Origin: Laetmonice hystrix
Taxonomy: Eukaryota
DNA: 64,000 nucleotides
NCBI GenBank assembly: GCA_965235115.1
Contig: OZ249436.1
Location: 58,590,001-58,654,000, forward strand
Direction: 5' to 3'
Under the pieces are notes generated by a model that searched no databases, was not told where the DNA came from, and was given only the letters and a program-made list of their open reading frames with translations. Both the position numbers and the translations under genes were made by a program. The first letter of the stretch is position 1. The number at the start of each line of letters is the position of its first letter. Of this stretch, positions 25,778 through 40,081 are shown in pieces.

Positions 25778-28700
25778 CTCAGCAGAATTGACCTCACTCT
25801 CACTCTGATTGAAGCGGCCTGATAGAAACTTTCTTGGCATCACAAGTCATTTGTGTAACTTTGAAGTTGACAGTCGTGGTTTTCGGTGTGGGTATTAAGG
25901 TGAGGGATTGGTCAGGCCGGCGACCCTAAGTGGCCTGTTTGGGGAGGTGTCGTCCAGTACCGCTGGACAGTCCGACCCGTGATGGATGGCCAGTGTCCAG
26001 GGAAATTAAATTTTGATGGGCATTGACAGCTCCGTACGTTGTTTCCACAGTGCTGCTATTGAACTACTCAGGTCACGAAGAAATCAGGCCGTTGGCCCTT
26101 TTGCCTATTGTTTATATCGGCCCTGAATATAGTAGAAATCTATACTGTTCCTGACCTATTTTCAGAGTAAACTTGAAAATGGATTACCTTAAATTCTGCT
26201 AATTTTGGTTAAATTACATATAGCACGATAGCTAAAATATAGCACGAATAATAATGAATATCCAGATTTCAATGATTTGTTCCTGGTGGTTAGGTCTGGT
26301 TGTTTAAACATGTATTCAAATCTTTATCAAATTTAGGTGTGACCTTCATTTGTCTTTACGTGTTAGAAAACCTGTGCTGTGGTACATAAAAAAAAACAAG
26401 TAATGCTCTACCTATCATATATTTCTTCTGTCAACCCATAGTTGCATTATATCGGCTACAATTTGTGTGCTTCAGATGTCACATTTAGGTTTTATTGCCT
26501 GAATTGCCTGGAAGAAAAGTCTGACACAGATTAATGGAACCTTGGAACTATGATGGCACTATACACTCTAGTTGCCATGGTGATATCCTCTGAAGTTGCT
26601 CCTTCAGTAAGAAGTTGGGTTTTGAAGACCTCTATATTGAATCGTATGTTAGGGGAGCGGTAAAGATGTTATCAGAATTGATTAGTTAACAGGATTGGCT
26701 CCACTACATGACCTGAACGGAGCACCGCCATGGAGTGGTGCAAATAAATATTGCACGTCTAGGACAGATATTTCTGGGAGCCTGCCAGTGGCACAGCCCC
26801 CCTTCTCCTACACAAGAGATGGAACTTCATTAGCGTAGTTCAGGGCCAAAGTGGATGCACTACTCTGATTGACCAAAATGGATGTCTACTCCTTTTCTTT
26901 TATGTGGTTTCTTACAAGTGTGTATGTAATTGGTGGAGGGACACACGGAAGGCTGTAATCTTCACCCATCAAAGGCAACATGAGGATAGCTATCTCGTCT
27001 TCAATAATGTCAAGTCGCATTTACTCATATTGGTCAGCAGCCTACTTTACCTTCAATCTGGGAGTTTTTCATAATTCATCAAATTCATCAGCGTAAATGA
27101 GCCGCGCACAACTGACGGATACATAACACTGGCATCCCTAACGTCAGCCAAGTTAGTCCTTGCTGTATGCTGTACGTCTTACGTTTTATTTACGTTCAAT
27201 ACACGAGCAATGGTCATGGAAAACAACTTCCGTCGTGGGCAATTCGTATCGTTATTTTTAAAAAGCACGTAATGAGGTCTGCTATCCAGTTATGGAATTA
27301 TAATGGATTCAGATTGTTTCCCAGTGTGACGGGAAAATAAGGTAAAGAAGACATGCAAATGGAGACAAATGATATAGTTCTGACACAATGTTTTCCTTTT
27401 ATTGAATACAATAGTTTTTTCTATATGATGATCGTGTTACTTCATGCAATTAGCCCCATTTCCGAGAAACATATTATAAACTGCAAATTCACTTTGTGAT
27501 GAAATCTTACTCAACTTATTAGAAAATCAGAACTTCTAACCCGGAGAATTTGATCAATCGAATTCCATGCATTCAAATTGAAGGGTACCGCTTAGGAAGT
27601 CGCTACCAATTTTTTCATTTAAGCAAATTAAGGGTGGCCCATTAGGCGGCGAGGAGCTTACAGGGAGCAGTGCTTTAAGACAAGTGATTTGATTCATGTC
27701 TGTGACGGTAACCCAAGCTTTGCCCCAGAAAATGGGCCTCGCCCCGTCTACCAGGATTCCAGTCGGTAAGAAACTCTTAACATCCCAAAGTTGTTTGAAC
27801 GTACCACGTAACCGATGGTCTCGTAATGGAATCGGACACTTCCACTTCTGAGTGCTTTACAAGACTGAAAGTTGGCCGCGGGATTCAGATTTAGGCTGTT
27901 ACTCGGGTCAGTGGTGTTTATCTGTATCCATGGTGACTCCAAATGTTATTCATTTTTATGTGTCCCAGGGGACAGATGGCCGAGTCGATGGATCCCTTTA
28001 GACGACCACATTAATGTATGGGGGAGATGGGCGTTCTTCTGGGGACACTTAGATGGTCGCCAGTGGTGGCGTGCCGCTGAACCCTCGTCATCTTCACATA
28101 GTACATGATTATACATCTCATGTTACCCATAAACTTCAAGGTTAAGTGCATACACTGACGGAAGAATATTTGAAAGATCGACTTGCCGTATTCACCACGA
28201 CTTAAACCTTATGTCACCCTTGTTACATCACAATTCTTCCGTTTTTATATTTAGGTAGTCCAAGAAATGTGTCTCTTTTGAGCCTTGTATTTTTTCCGAG
28301 GTTATTTTTGGAACGGGGGTTAGAAGCTGTAGATTATGGACTCGGGGTGCCACCTTACATTGTCGGCAGAAGGCTGTGTCCCATCATTTCTTATTCATGG
28401 CTTGGCCGGACAACGGTAGCCATTATATAATTGGGGCTCTATATGTCAAAGGTAGGTTATTTATGAAAGTTAGAAAACGTGTCTTTCAAGGTACCTGAAC
28501 AAATAATAATTCGAAGTACAGAGAGGATATATATTTACGATATGTTCGATCTTGGTGACTGGCAGAGATTTAAAAAACTATGATCTTCAATGTGTTCATT
28601 AAAGATTCCATAATTTTATTGAAGAATAAAATGGATAAAAGAAATAAAACAAAATTCCATATGTTTTGGAGCAATATTTGCGGTTTAAACAAAGGTTATC

Positions 28701-28911
28701 TAATTCTTGAAAGACTTAGGAATGTGGGTTTTAAAATGTCGATTAGAAAGGACCAGTGACTCCATGGTACAGTGAGTGTGAGAACTCGTGAGTGTTCCAT
28801 GGCACTAACCGTGTTGTACATGGCTGTAAAGAGGCTCACCCAAAGGAACCTTTCCTGTGTGTCTCCGATCTCGTATCAGACCAGAAAACTGACACAGTCA
28901 GTTCCGGGTAG

Positions 28912-29192
28912 AAGAGGGAGAGAGCAGGAAGGATAGAGCATGATCTGAACGTTCTCAGCGTACACGTTCCGGGGAGGTGGGCTAAGGAGAAGATAGTGTG
29001 CTCGGTTTCATTACGACCGTCCCACCCGTTGCCAAGGATGGGCGAAGGGTTCCCACCGTTCCTGCGGCCACCAACTCCCTGGTAGTACGCGCAATTGTCT
29101 CATATCTGGCGCCGGGTTTCTCCATCAGTAGCAAGGAGACATGGTGTATGGTACACTGGGACACAGACAACAACATGGAGAGTCTGGCTTGA
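28912..29192 (+). mobile_element. Possible degenerate DIRS/Ngaro RNase H end plus recombinase N-terminal fragment
   Basis: IEHDLNVLSVHVPGRW resembles the RNase H motif I.L.A.H(I/V)PG. It is followed in another frame by VPAATNSLVVRAIVSYLAPGFSISS, resembling the N-terminal helical part of these recombinases. Short matches only. Confidence 0.2.
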
Positions 29193-32100
29193 GCACTACC
29201 CCAGGCTTGTATCCCTTTGTAAACGGAAAGCCCCGCCGCTAGCGTCCTTGGCTATGAATTTCTCTGATTGAAGCGAGGTTGTTCTTTGTTCGGCACATCT
29301 TTCAGAAAAAAAGGAAGATCAGTCTTATACGCCATCAGAGTTTGTGCGACTTTCATATCCATGCCTGGTAAAACTGAGCTGAAGCTGTAGAAGCGATACA
29401 CAAACGTCTTCATCCTATCAACCTTCAGAATATATCGCAATAATATTTTGTTCAAATTATTCCATGTATGCATGTAGTAGGAAGAACACATTGATATACA
29501 TGCCCCCTTCCACATCTATGCCCAGTAGCAATGATTGAAGTATGTCAACTCCTTATTACCTGTAGACAAATCTATTCCCTGTTACTGGATACTACAATGG
29601 ACCATATAACAAGTTCCCCTCGTCAATTACAGATCATGTTGACTCAAGTAACCACCTCGGTAGTAGAGGACGGACATAAAGTGTGGCCACCATTCATATA
29701 CTTATACTAATCTAACGTTGAGGTACTATACTACATTGTATATGCTTATAATAGCGAAGACTGCACTACCTTCTGTCTTATACCATATCATCGGTCTATG
29801 CCTGTGAGGCAGCCCAAGCCAGGTACTACTCCGATCTATTTACCCAACTCACACTGACAAGCTAGGCTCTATCTATTTGACGGATCTGGTACCATCTGTA
29901 GGCTAGACCTCGGGCAATCACTAGTGCCGACGCAGGTAACGGTTCAATGAGAAAAATCTTCAATAGCGGTACTACATACACGTTAAGGAGTGCACGTAAT
30001 GTTAATGTAGATATGACGGATATTTATTCTACGGGTTCAAAATGTCATAGTATCCGTATCTCGAACTATACTCTGCACAACATGTTTTTCCTACCCCTCG
30101 GCAGGAAATTTTTTTTGCCCCTGTTGAGGTAAATGTATTGTAATAAGAAAGGCATATTAATTTTAGAACATTGAAGTTCAAAAAGGTTGGGTGTAACAGT
30201 ATGTTGCCGTGGAAATAGGTTTCAAGATTAATCGATGGTCTTAGCGATCATTATGTGTACATGATACATTGTGGTCCACAAAATCGGCTATACTTCTAAT
30301 TTGAAGTGGCTTATATTTTTGTGGGCGTCGTTAGATATCACAATCTCAAATACTTTTAACAAAATCTATTTTCGTAATTGTAGATTGTAGTCTCTGATAT
30401 AATGTCATGTCTTAACCATTTTGAACAAAGTGTATCAAAGGCTGGCGGTATAGGTTGCTCAGCATAATATTATTATAGCAGAGAATCTTAAGTCCGATCG
30501 ACAGACTCTGGCCAATTATGCAGCATCATAAGCTTGCCAAAGAAGCCGCGTTGTGCCTGAGGGGACTGTCCATCATGTTATGTATGCAAGTCGTGGAGCG
30601 AGTGGCGCTTTTATCTGAGCATGTTCCTGATGAACCACTGTAGGTCAATGAGATAATGTCCACACAAGTCACATCCGATGACAAAAACAAATCCTTGCAC
30701 TCAGTCTCTTGCGGTAATGGAAAGTAGAGATTTGGCTAATGATACTTTAGTATTCTGACCTAATCAAACATTGCAGCTAGGTTACATGTTAATTTGGATG
30801 GATTTTAAACATTTGATTTATAAAATATACAATACTGTTAAATCTCTTCTCACTAAGCTCCTTCTCGCCTGTCAAACTTTTCAATATTATATTCCATGCC
30901 TGTTCGTTTATCTGCTTAGGACTAGTGCAAAGAGATTGGCACGAGAAAGTGATGGCGACGAAAAAACAATATATACCGAGTAATAAAATAGGCAGTACGC
31001 AATATCGCTCATGAGCTCTTCCTCAGATGTCCAATGACAGCTATTCCCAATGACAGCATTCAATGAGACTTTTCCTTCAGTGTACCTAGTGGTAACAATA
31101 TCCATATCCCTCTATCATTCTACGGTGTAAATCGATGTATTTTCGACTTTATTATTAATCTCATCTCTTTATGTTTGTTATCATATAGCAATCCATTGTG
31201 CTGGTTGAATGCGAATCATTTATAAATTAGTCATTTGATATATGCGTAGGGGATTAAAGTTTAATAGAGGACAAAGTCTGCATTAGTATGGTAGCGGCGG
31301 CCTGTGACCAGCACTGTTTTTCTATGGCTGCAGTATCTGTAGGCATGTACATCATGTCGGTGAATGCTCACTGGGGCCATTATGATAGTCCCTGTACTGT
31401 ACGATTAATGCTCGCCATGCATAGGGCAGCGGCAGGCGTCGAGTACACCGCCCGCGTAATGAGAATCAGTATGCTTTTACCGTTTATAATATGGTCATCA
31501 TTGGAAGGCGGACCTTGAATGTGGCCTGGCTATGAAAATGCTACAGGCAAGCTAAACCGTCTAATGGTTGATATCCTTATTCGGCCAGGAAAGATGTAAA
31601 TCAGAGAGCGACCTTTTCTAAAGCTCTCTTTGTACGGTAGGATTATAGTGATGTAGAAGGATTTCTTGACAGGATGTGGTACCTCGGGAGCACTTCCTTC
31701 GATTGAAAAGGAAACAGATATTCAGCAGAAGACGAGTGTATATCAAGGGCTGTAATATTTCTTGAGCCTTGAATACAGTAGAACGGAATTACATCATGAT
31801 AGCAACAGATTAAAGCCCATATATGCAATAATACATAATGAAGGTGAACTGACTGGATAGTATCAGTCATACTCCTAACTCTGAATGCCAGGAGAAGGTG
31901 TTTTAATTTCGCGTTTAACCACCGGCTCTCGTTTCCTATCGCAACTAAGCAACTTGACCAGAAGCAAAGTCATTATATCATGCTAGCAGAGCATCACTGG
32001 CCCCAAAGATATTTCTCATTTGGGTTGCCTTATTTTTAATTTGTGATACCAAAGCTGATATTAATTGGGTTCAGGGCATTGACTGGTTGAAGTTTCATCA

Positions 32101-35100
32101 GTTGTAATGGTAACAGACGGGTTCTCCCATCCCTTGCCGAAGGGCATGATTTATGGCGTGTTCGCGATTGATGACCAGAGCCAAATTCCGGGGATGTAGT
32201 TAGAGGGCAGTCTAGGGGGAAGTCCACCATGTTGATACAAGTGATTGCCCTTCCCAAAAGGCAAAGCATTAGAGCCATCAGCCAACCAGTCAGCAAAGTT
32301 AATGGGAATCAGCCCCTACTTGGAGTGATGCCCACACTCCTGCAGGGTATTACTTTGCGTACCATGTCCGGCCCACAGAGTTATTGTAAATAGAGTAGAA
32401 AAAATGACATCGAAATTAGGTCAGTCTGAATCAAAGATGCGCGGAGTTATCAAGATGGGGGAAAACTATTAGACACCAAATTCATGTTAAGAATAATTGG
32501 CCTCGAAAAACAACTTCAGCAGAAGACGATGTAAGTGGAAAACCGTCGGGCAGGATATGAGCTGCAAAAACAAATATTCTCAGGAAATATTTTCTGATAA
32601 TGCATCAACCGTTTTATTGACTTTCCTTGTAAGATTATTGCAAATTGTCCTCAGACTGTCATAGTTTTGGCGCTGTTTGTTTGAAGTAAGACGTTATCTG
32701 TAATGGGATACTGCACTCCAATCCCCTCCAATGGACCTAAATCCTTCCATCTCTCGGGTAAGATGGGCTCTGCAGATAGAAAGGAACCCATGCTCCATAA
32801 AGTACTTGATAGTTGATAGCTTAAGATTGAAATACTCTGGGACTGTACTTTGAAACGACCGTGATGTTAAAGCTTTATGATTCCCAAGATACTGTTATTT
32901 TGTAGGGCTTTTGAGTCATGAAAGTCGTCATATAATAGTGGTAAAAACTATGCGGATCGAAGGAAAATAAATTGGTCATATGACACTGGAACTGTAATCC
33001 CTGCAGTGAAGAGCTAGGTTAAAACCACGTCTATAATGTTAAGATGAAGGTATAGGCACGCGAAAGGCGCGACATCAGCATAAGCAAATCATACACAGTT
33101 TAGAAGCAGTGTTCACACCATCTAGAATGGTTTATGTAATATTCAGGAGGCCCGTGTGCCTTTGTCTGTCCCTTGATGTATAAGAAGAGGCTGTATGTAA
33201 TTTACACATTAGGGGCCTATAGACCATGATGGCCACTGTTGATGGGGGAACGCATCTTATAAGGCAGGCCTACTCTTCTGGGGATACTGCTGTCTGACAG
33301 AGATGGAACTGTACACAGGATTATGCAAAATGACTTTGACTGCCTTGGCTGTGCAGCTGATTGTACGTATTCAATTCAGCCTCAGCAGCACTCAATACTG
33401 GAGCGTTCCTGACAATCCATTTCTTAACATAACCAACACACACCATATCTTATGCTTATTTCCTTTCGCATGATGGCGGGATGAGGTAGGTTTCCAGATG
33501 TTCTTTTCTTCTCGTGGCTATTACTATTATTTATACAATCGAAGGCTTTGCAGGTACACTCAGAAATGTATGTTCCATCTGAAGGAAATTGCATCACGCT
33601 GTTGCTTGATTTTTTGTTCTTTCTAAGTCTATATCAGGTTTGCAAAAAGTACTGTTTTTGTAATTTGTTAGTATAAGGCTGGCCTGGCTTCCATCAATAA
33701 CAATCAAAGCAATGTCAGATTAGACCATTTTTCCATCTTTTATTGTCTTTTGGGGGCTTTAGAAGGGAAGTAGCATTCCCGTATCCATCAACAAAAGGCA
33801 TTTGACCGGTAGCAATAGAAGTATCCCATAGTGGCCTCTATAGAATTTAAAAGCAACCAAAATATGCAGTGTTATTTCGGCCGGAGTATGATGTAATGAA
33901 GAAGGAAGACCAAGCGTTACAGATTAAGCAGTCGGGCCCAGACCGCGGCACTGTTTTGGAAACTATCTCTTCATTTACTGGCCCTAGATTCCTACAGGTC
34001 AGCCATAAATGTCGTTACAGCTCGTAGAGCTCACCAATTTTCAAGCGAGCGCCAGCAGCCACGCTAACAACGCCATGCTGAGAACGAACCTGAGACGGTG
34101 CTGCTACAAGCATGGCCGTCGTCTCGCATTATCACCACCCCCGTCTTTAAGAGCAATAAAACCTCGCTCTTTCTCCAGTCCGACAAAACCTGACTGAGAG
34201 CACATTTCTTATCTGGACAACCATATTCAAAATGTGTTTATTTTCATCGAAAGATAAAATTATATAGACTGCTGTGTTGTTTGAAATCATTTTTTATAGC
34301 GGTAAGAGAAATGAAAGAAAGTTATGCAGAAAGACGACAACCTGCCATTTTCTTGTGAAAGTCTGGCCATAAATACAGCGTATATCAAAGAAGACTCAGA
34401 TAGGTGGAAGAAGCAGTGGCGCTGAGAATGGCAGGTCTTCATGCAGCTGCGGTACTCATCATTGAGAAGGATCTGATGTGGCATACTCTGGGAGAATGGG
34501 AGGCAGTGATGGTGGACGCATTCCAAAAGGCCACCCTACGACAAATCGGCTTGTTATTGAATCGATCAAAAATCATAATCATTCTGCAGCGAGTGATGTG
34601 TTCGGTGATGATTACTTGGTCGGGTATACTGGAGTTGGTTTTTAAAATATGGACGGTATTATTTGTAATAGAGAAGATTATGTTTAACGAAAGTCATTCA
34701 ACATAAGCCCTGGTCAATTTCATCCTGAATTCTTAAGTCCAATTCATCAAGCGATCCTGAAATGTGGAGTCATTACGGGACAGTAAATTGTTTGCGCAGG
34801 ATGCTTGAGGACATTTATGTTAACAGTGTGCACCTTGAGGCCGGTCTCGATGACTGTTAGCACTGCTGCAGACATCTGAATGCAATATAAACGCCACATC
34901 CCGCGCGTCCATCATGCACTTGGGAGACAACAGGCGTCAACCACCTGGGTCTCTCGTCTCCCGATTGTACCATTATACCTACTCACTCACTCAGAACGCA
35001 TAAATACGCTTAAGTGCAGCGGACAGCGGAGGAGCTTGTTTGTCCGGCATTCCGCACACAGCAGGACGGTGCGTGTCTGTCTGCTAGGCCTTGTCCATTC

Positions 35101-36629
35101 GCTAAATTCATGGGAGTGGCCAGATGGCTCACGCATACACACCTTGACTTTCTTCTTTTAAAAAGATAAGATTGGTTTTAAGTGTGCTTAGAATTCAGTG
35201 GGCGACACCGTGACTTATTAGGCACAGAATGAGTGTCAAATTGGTTTTAAATGAGAAAGTGAATATATGGACACTTGATGACAAGATAGGTGGAATTGGC
35301 CACTGAGGCGCTTCCATCCGAGCTGGGCCATTAGTACGCGAGGGAAGGACACCTGTGTAGTTGCCATATAGCAAGGTTGTATTCCTGGCCATCCCTTAAA
35401 ATCGGCACAATTACCCAGGTCAGTCAGGTTATCCTTCAAGCTCTACCTTCCTGACAATTTAGCTAGCGGTGCAACACTTAAACATAGCTGCAGGCATGCA
35501 ATCTAATACCTCCTCCTCGGAGCGAGAGAGCGGCCTTTGTCTGAGGGTTCCACTGACATTTGAAGAACAGCTGGATTGAAGCTGAAGATGGAGAAGAGTT
35601 GTCGGAGAGTATACAGACTCCCAGTAGTATTAATTTGGTGCCATCGCCGAGCCAGCTGTAGCCTCGTGTAAAGGAGGTGAGGCTTCAGGCAGTAAATCCT
35701 TCAGCAAATCTAACTGCCTCCTGCCAAGCTGACAAAACCATCAGAGTGCTAACTGCCATGAAGCCGCCTTTGTAGTCTACAGGCAGCAATAAACCTGTTG
35801 ACAGCTAGCATTGAAAATCCCGTCAGACGCCAGCAGAAATGAGCGGTAAAAATGGTTGCCAATACGTAGAGTAAGTTTGGAATTAAAGAACGCAGTAATC
35901 AGTATGATTGGTCTATGTTTTCACAGAGAATCAACACTTTTGCGAGGGAATCGAAATCGGGATTTCACCGAAACGTTTACAAACAAGGAATCCTTACGTC
36001 CAACCGTCTGGTGTACTGTAAACACGCTTTCAAGTATGCATAACACCAGCAAGAATATTGTTGGTAACAAAAAGCAGCAAACTCTCAGAACCCAGTCCTC
36101 AGTCTGGTGAAGTGAGGTTAAAGACCTCCAAGGGTACGTATTGATACACGGGGTGATTCATAGGTCTGTCTCATGGATATAACTTATCCGTATTATTTGT
36201 ATTGTATTTTTGCCCTATTTATATCCTAATTATTAAAATCATTCCGTAGATATTCCACTCAAAAGGCAGTAAGGCAGGTTTGACATACACTGTTGGCTTG
36301 TAAAATCTACCGTATATCTAGATATCGAGTGAACCGAGTTGTGTTCCGTGCCGGACTGAGATGGTGTCACATAGTAGGGTGGAGGTTGACCTCTAACCTT
36401 CCCTTCACCTTGCCTCCTCAATCAATCAGTACAGACGTGCAGGTCCATTAGCAGACGACGTCTTTGCCTTATCCCACAGGAATATGATTCTCTACACTGT
36501 ATCATTCGCTATTGTTAAGAGTATCCGAGTATCCGCTCTATGCTAGAGGCAGTATTTGTTTGGTGCAGAGGACTAGTTGCAGCCACAAGGCAATGGCTGA
36601 TATCTTTTTGTCCGTTTCTTTACTGATGC

Positions 36630-36683
36630 CTGATTAATTTACAGCACATCATATCAGGTCTGATTAATTTACAGCACATCATA
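36630..36683. repeat. 24-bp direct repeat with 30-bp period
   Basis: ctgattaatttacagcacatcata occurs at 36630 and 36660. Confidence 0.93.
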
Positions 36684-39284
36684 ATCATGAGGTCGTCATG
36701 TTTTATTTTCCCTCAAACGCTAGTCGTGCTGCTGCTCTAACAGATCAACTCGTTGAACAGATGAAAGTCCTTGTACAAGCGGGGTTCGCCAGATTCCGAG
36801 TATAGAAATAGCTTACCCTTCCTGGAACATTATATTTCTAAACCTTGATACTGCATCATAATTATTTTGTGATTTTTTTTTATTAATTCTTGAGACACGT
36901 TCATATGACATGTTTTTTGTACGTTAATATGGTGGCGAGAAGCTAAATACAATGCGTATAAATACAAACATTTCGTTGTTTTATATGACTGTCTTTTTTC
37001 CTGCAATATCATTAAATTTGGAGACTCCTAAATGAATTTAACGTCATCTAAATATAATGGTTGCACCAAATATAAATAGATTTACGGCCTAGCTCATTCA
37101 GACTTTGTATGCAACCCAAGGTGATGGCCTTGTGAGGTCGCTGGCATTTAATAAGTGTAAGAGAGCTTCAGAACGAAACTCAGATTGCTGGTTCTAAGGA
37201 TTGATCACCGCGAGGGCTGTGTAGATTAAGGATTTCGATTAGGCAGGGCTAGGCCAATGTGCCGTGTCCACTCAGGTAGCGCGACTGGAAGATGCATGAC
37301 CCGGCCAGGCATCAACTCACTGGAAACATTCGCGGGAATCTCATGGGGGTGATTGTCTGAAAAATTTTAATTAAATAGTTATTGGTGTATGTGGAGTTGT
37401 TCATAGGGGCTGGTCAAGGGGTGAGAGGGTTGAGAAATGAAGTGGCCCGGGAGGGGATGCCGTGACTGACAGAGGATCGCCAGGTCGTACCTCAATGTCG
37501 GACGCTCTGCCTGGCGCCCACTAATTCACCGGCTTAGTGAGACCCGCACCTGCACGGCCAGCCATTGGTCTCGGCCGGAAACACCACCACGAGATTGCCT
37601 TTACTGGGGTCGGCTTCAAACTGCCTGCAAACCTAAGCCCCGGTGGTGGCCGCTCTGTTAGTAATGCCAGCGAACTGGGCGTAATAACGGGAAAGAATGG
37701 ACTGTATTTCTTTAGGCGGAAAAATATCGCAGAAAATGTCTGTGGCCAGCGATTATGTAGAAAAAAAAGGTTGACTTACATGACCCTTTGCATATTCTCA
37801 GATTGCAGACATAATCTACGTATTGGGTGGTGCCAGATATACCCCTTCCTTTTTATGTCCTGTATTTTGTATTGTTTGTGAGTGTTTCATGTATAACAGT
37901 ACTTGTTTTTGCTTTTACATATCAGATATCAATTTATTCTAAAGCTGTCACATAGTGTAAGATAAAGTAGCTACTGTCCGGAAGATTGACATAAAAAAGT
38001 GAATACGTTTTGAATATCGGCGTTATTCGAGGTAAGTGTGCGTGTTTAAGGATTTATATGATATTGTTATGGTTTAAATTTTTCATGAGGACGTTGAAAA
38101 CTTGTTTTAGTCTTTCCTGAATCAGTTTACTGAATCATGGCATTGATCACGATATGTGGCAGTTTCCAAGACGATAAGCAGAGAAAACTAAGACCTTGGT
38201 TTGGCGTGTTTGACGACTATCATCCCTTAGGCTGCTATTTCTGCCTGTAATATCCGACCCTCAAAGTTCCGATCCATAAATACGTTTGATGTTTTATATC
38301 GTTGGAAATTATCCAGCTGATCACAACGATATCAACTTGAACAATCGAACCGGGACCATTGTGATAAACACAGGACAGGTAGAATGTTGTCTTTATCAGT
38401 GGTAAGGTCGGCCAATCATACCTCGCTGTGCGAAGCCTGTAGAATAGATGAAGGGGCTGTAGAAAAAAAGGGTGGACAGCCTCTCCGGTTTACGGTAACA
38501 ATTTACAGACGAACATGTCGTTGACAGGGTCTTTAACGTGTTTCTATGTTAATTTGGAGGTTTATCATCTCTATGATTTACACGAGATTATAACCTCCCC
38601 CTCCTTCCTTCCTTCAGGTTATCGTCCACGCCTAGGTCAGGTTGCGTTTCATTTCAAAGTCAGCCGTTTTAAGTTAATTTATCGTGGAATCCGCGTGTCC
38701 CGGTGTAATTATAATAGTATTCTGGCGGATGATTTAATGCATGTTTGGATTGCAAACTACAAGTAGAGTAGAAATTGGCCTGGAGGACAAGTAATGATTG
38801 CCCATGGCAAATGAAGAACCTTGAAACATTGATTTCAGACTTGCCTTCATTACGTTTTTGAGTTCTGACGTCACAATAATCATCGTTCAAAGACGCTTTA
38901 CTATTTTGCAGATCGTTACGTCAGATAATTTACTGCCTGTGGGCGACAAACACAATTATATGAGGGGGAACCCGGAATATTTCTCGTGGATCTGTGTGGG
39001 TCGGGTATGTGACAATCCAGAAAATAGTATACGAATGGAAGGACGTAGGTGAAGTTACCTTTGTTATACCGAGGTGACGCTCAAAAACTACAGGTTGGAG
39101 ATAGGTGTATAGGTTTGCTAATACGCTTTAACATGCCAGGTATTGGTGTTAGGATGATCTGTCTGGATAGTTGTCAAATGGACAGATTAGACTTAGAATA
39201 AATACAACATTATAGCCATAATGTAATTTATTGGACTTGGGAGGTGGTTATGTTTGACTCTACCGTTATATCTCTCACCCACTA

Positions 39285-39352
39285 TGCCGCCCCCTGGCGG
39301 CACCAACTATTTCCATAGCTCCAACATGTTATACCGCCACCTGGCGGCACCA
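39285..39352 (-). promoter_or_regulatory. Two tandem CTCF-like motifs 47 bp apart
   Basis: Minus strand GTGCCGCCAGGGGGCGGCA and GTGCCGCCAGGTGGCGGTA, compared with the CTCF consensus GGCCACCAG(G/A)(G/T)GGCGC. Both are in the same orientation. Confidence 0.5.
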
Positions 39353-39957
39353 ACCTCTTCGTGACCCTCTGATTAGCCAATCAGGAGAGGTCGCGACCCC
39401 TTTGTCTTATCTCCATTATACCCCATCTTCGCTAAATGTATTCGAGCTACAAAGCCAGTATCCATTCTGGGGGTTGCCAGTTGTATCCTGTACAGTCAGA
39501 CTTGACTTTGTTTTGGCAACCCCAGTCACAAAAAGTGTACATATGTTTTAAGTCATTATTAAATGACCTTTTACCACCACCCTTGGTTTTTGTTTTACCA
39601 CCATTTAGCAAACGAGCTAGGTTTTCTCTCTCACCAGACAAAGTACGATAAATGTCAGATGTGGTCTAGTTTGTCCGTATCCTGCCAAGCCTCCCTGATC
39701 AACAGTAGGAGGCAATGTAATATCACCCCGCCACCAACGGCCTCACCCCACCAGGTCAACGTGCTTTTGTTCGTAGGGAGCAGCTTTGCCCAATCCAGCA
39801 AGTCTGAGCAGATCCTCTAGGCTACAGGATTACCTGGGCTAATCAGGCTTACTTCTCGTAATGAGGGTATACCACTGAGGAAATGCCGCCTTCACAATTC
39901 ACACCCAGAACTGAACTGAGCTTTGCGATAGCCTATTTAAGACATTGTCCGGCTCAC

Positions 39958-40081
39958 CAGAAGTGTTCTGGCTGGTGAACCGCAATGTGTCATCGTCCTC
40001 TTGACCTACAGTGATATTTCCCCCGAGTTTCAAACTTTCACTGGCATTGTTCAACTGACCAAGCAGGACCAATTGTTTAGC
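39958..40081 (-). CDS. Putative 124-nt exon with pentraxin/LamG-like motif (AKQLVLLGQLNNASESLKLGGNITVGQEDDDTLRFTSQNTS-G); may be a pseudo-exon
   Basis: Good acceptor ctctcccatcag| and donor G|gtgagc. LKLGGNITVGQEDD resembles the pentraxin GG.(I/L)ILGQEQD motif; the unspliced continuation GEPDNVLNRLSQSSVQ resembles GE...VN.W.RVLS..EI. Confidence 0.35.

Noticed and set aside
32036-32296. DIRS-like phrase WENPSVTITTDETS in a minus frame
   Set aside because: A single short motif interrupted by stops; too weak to call.
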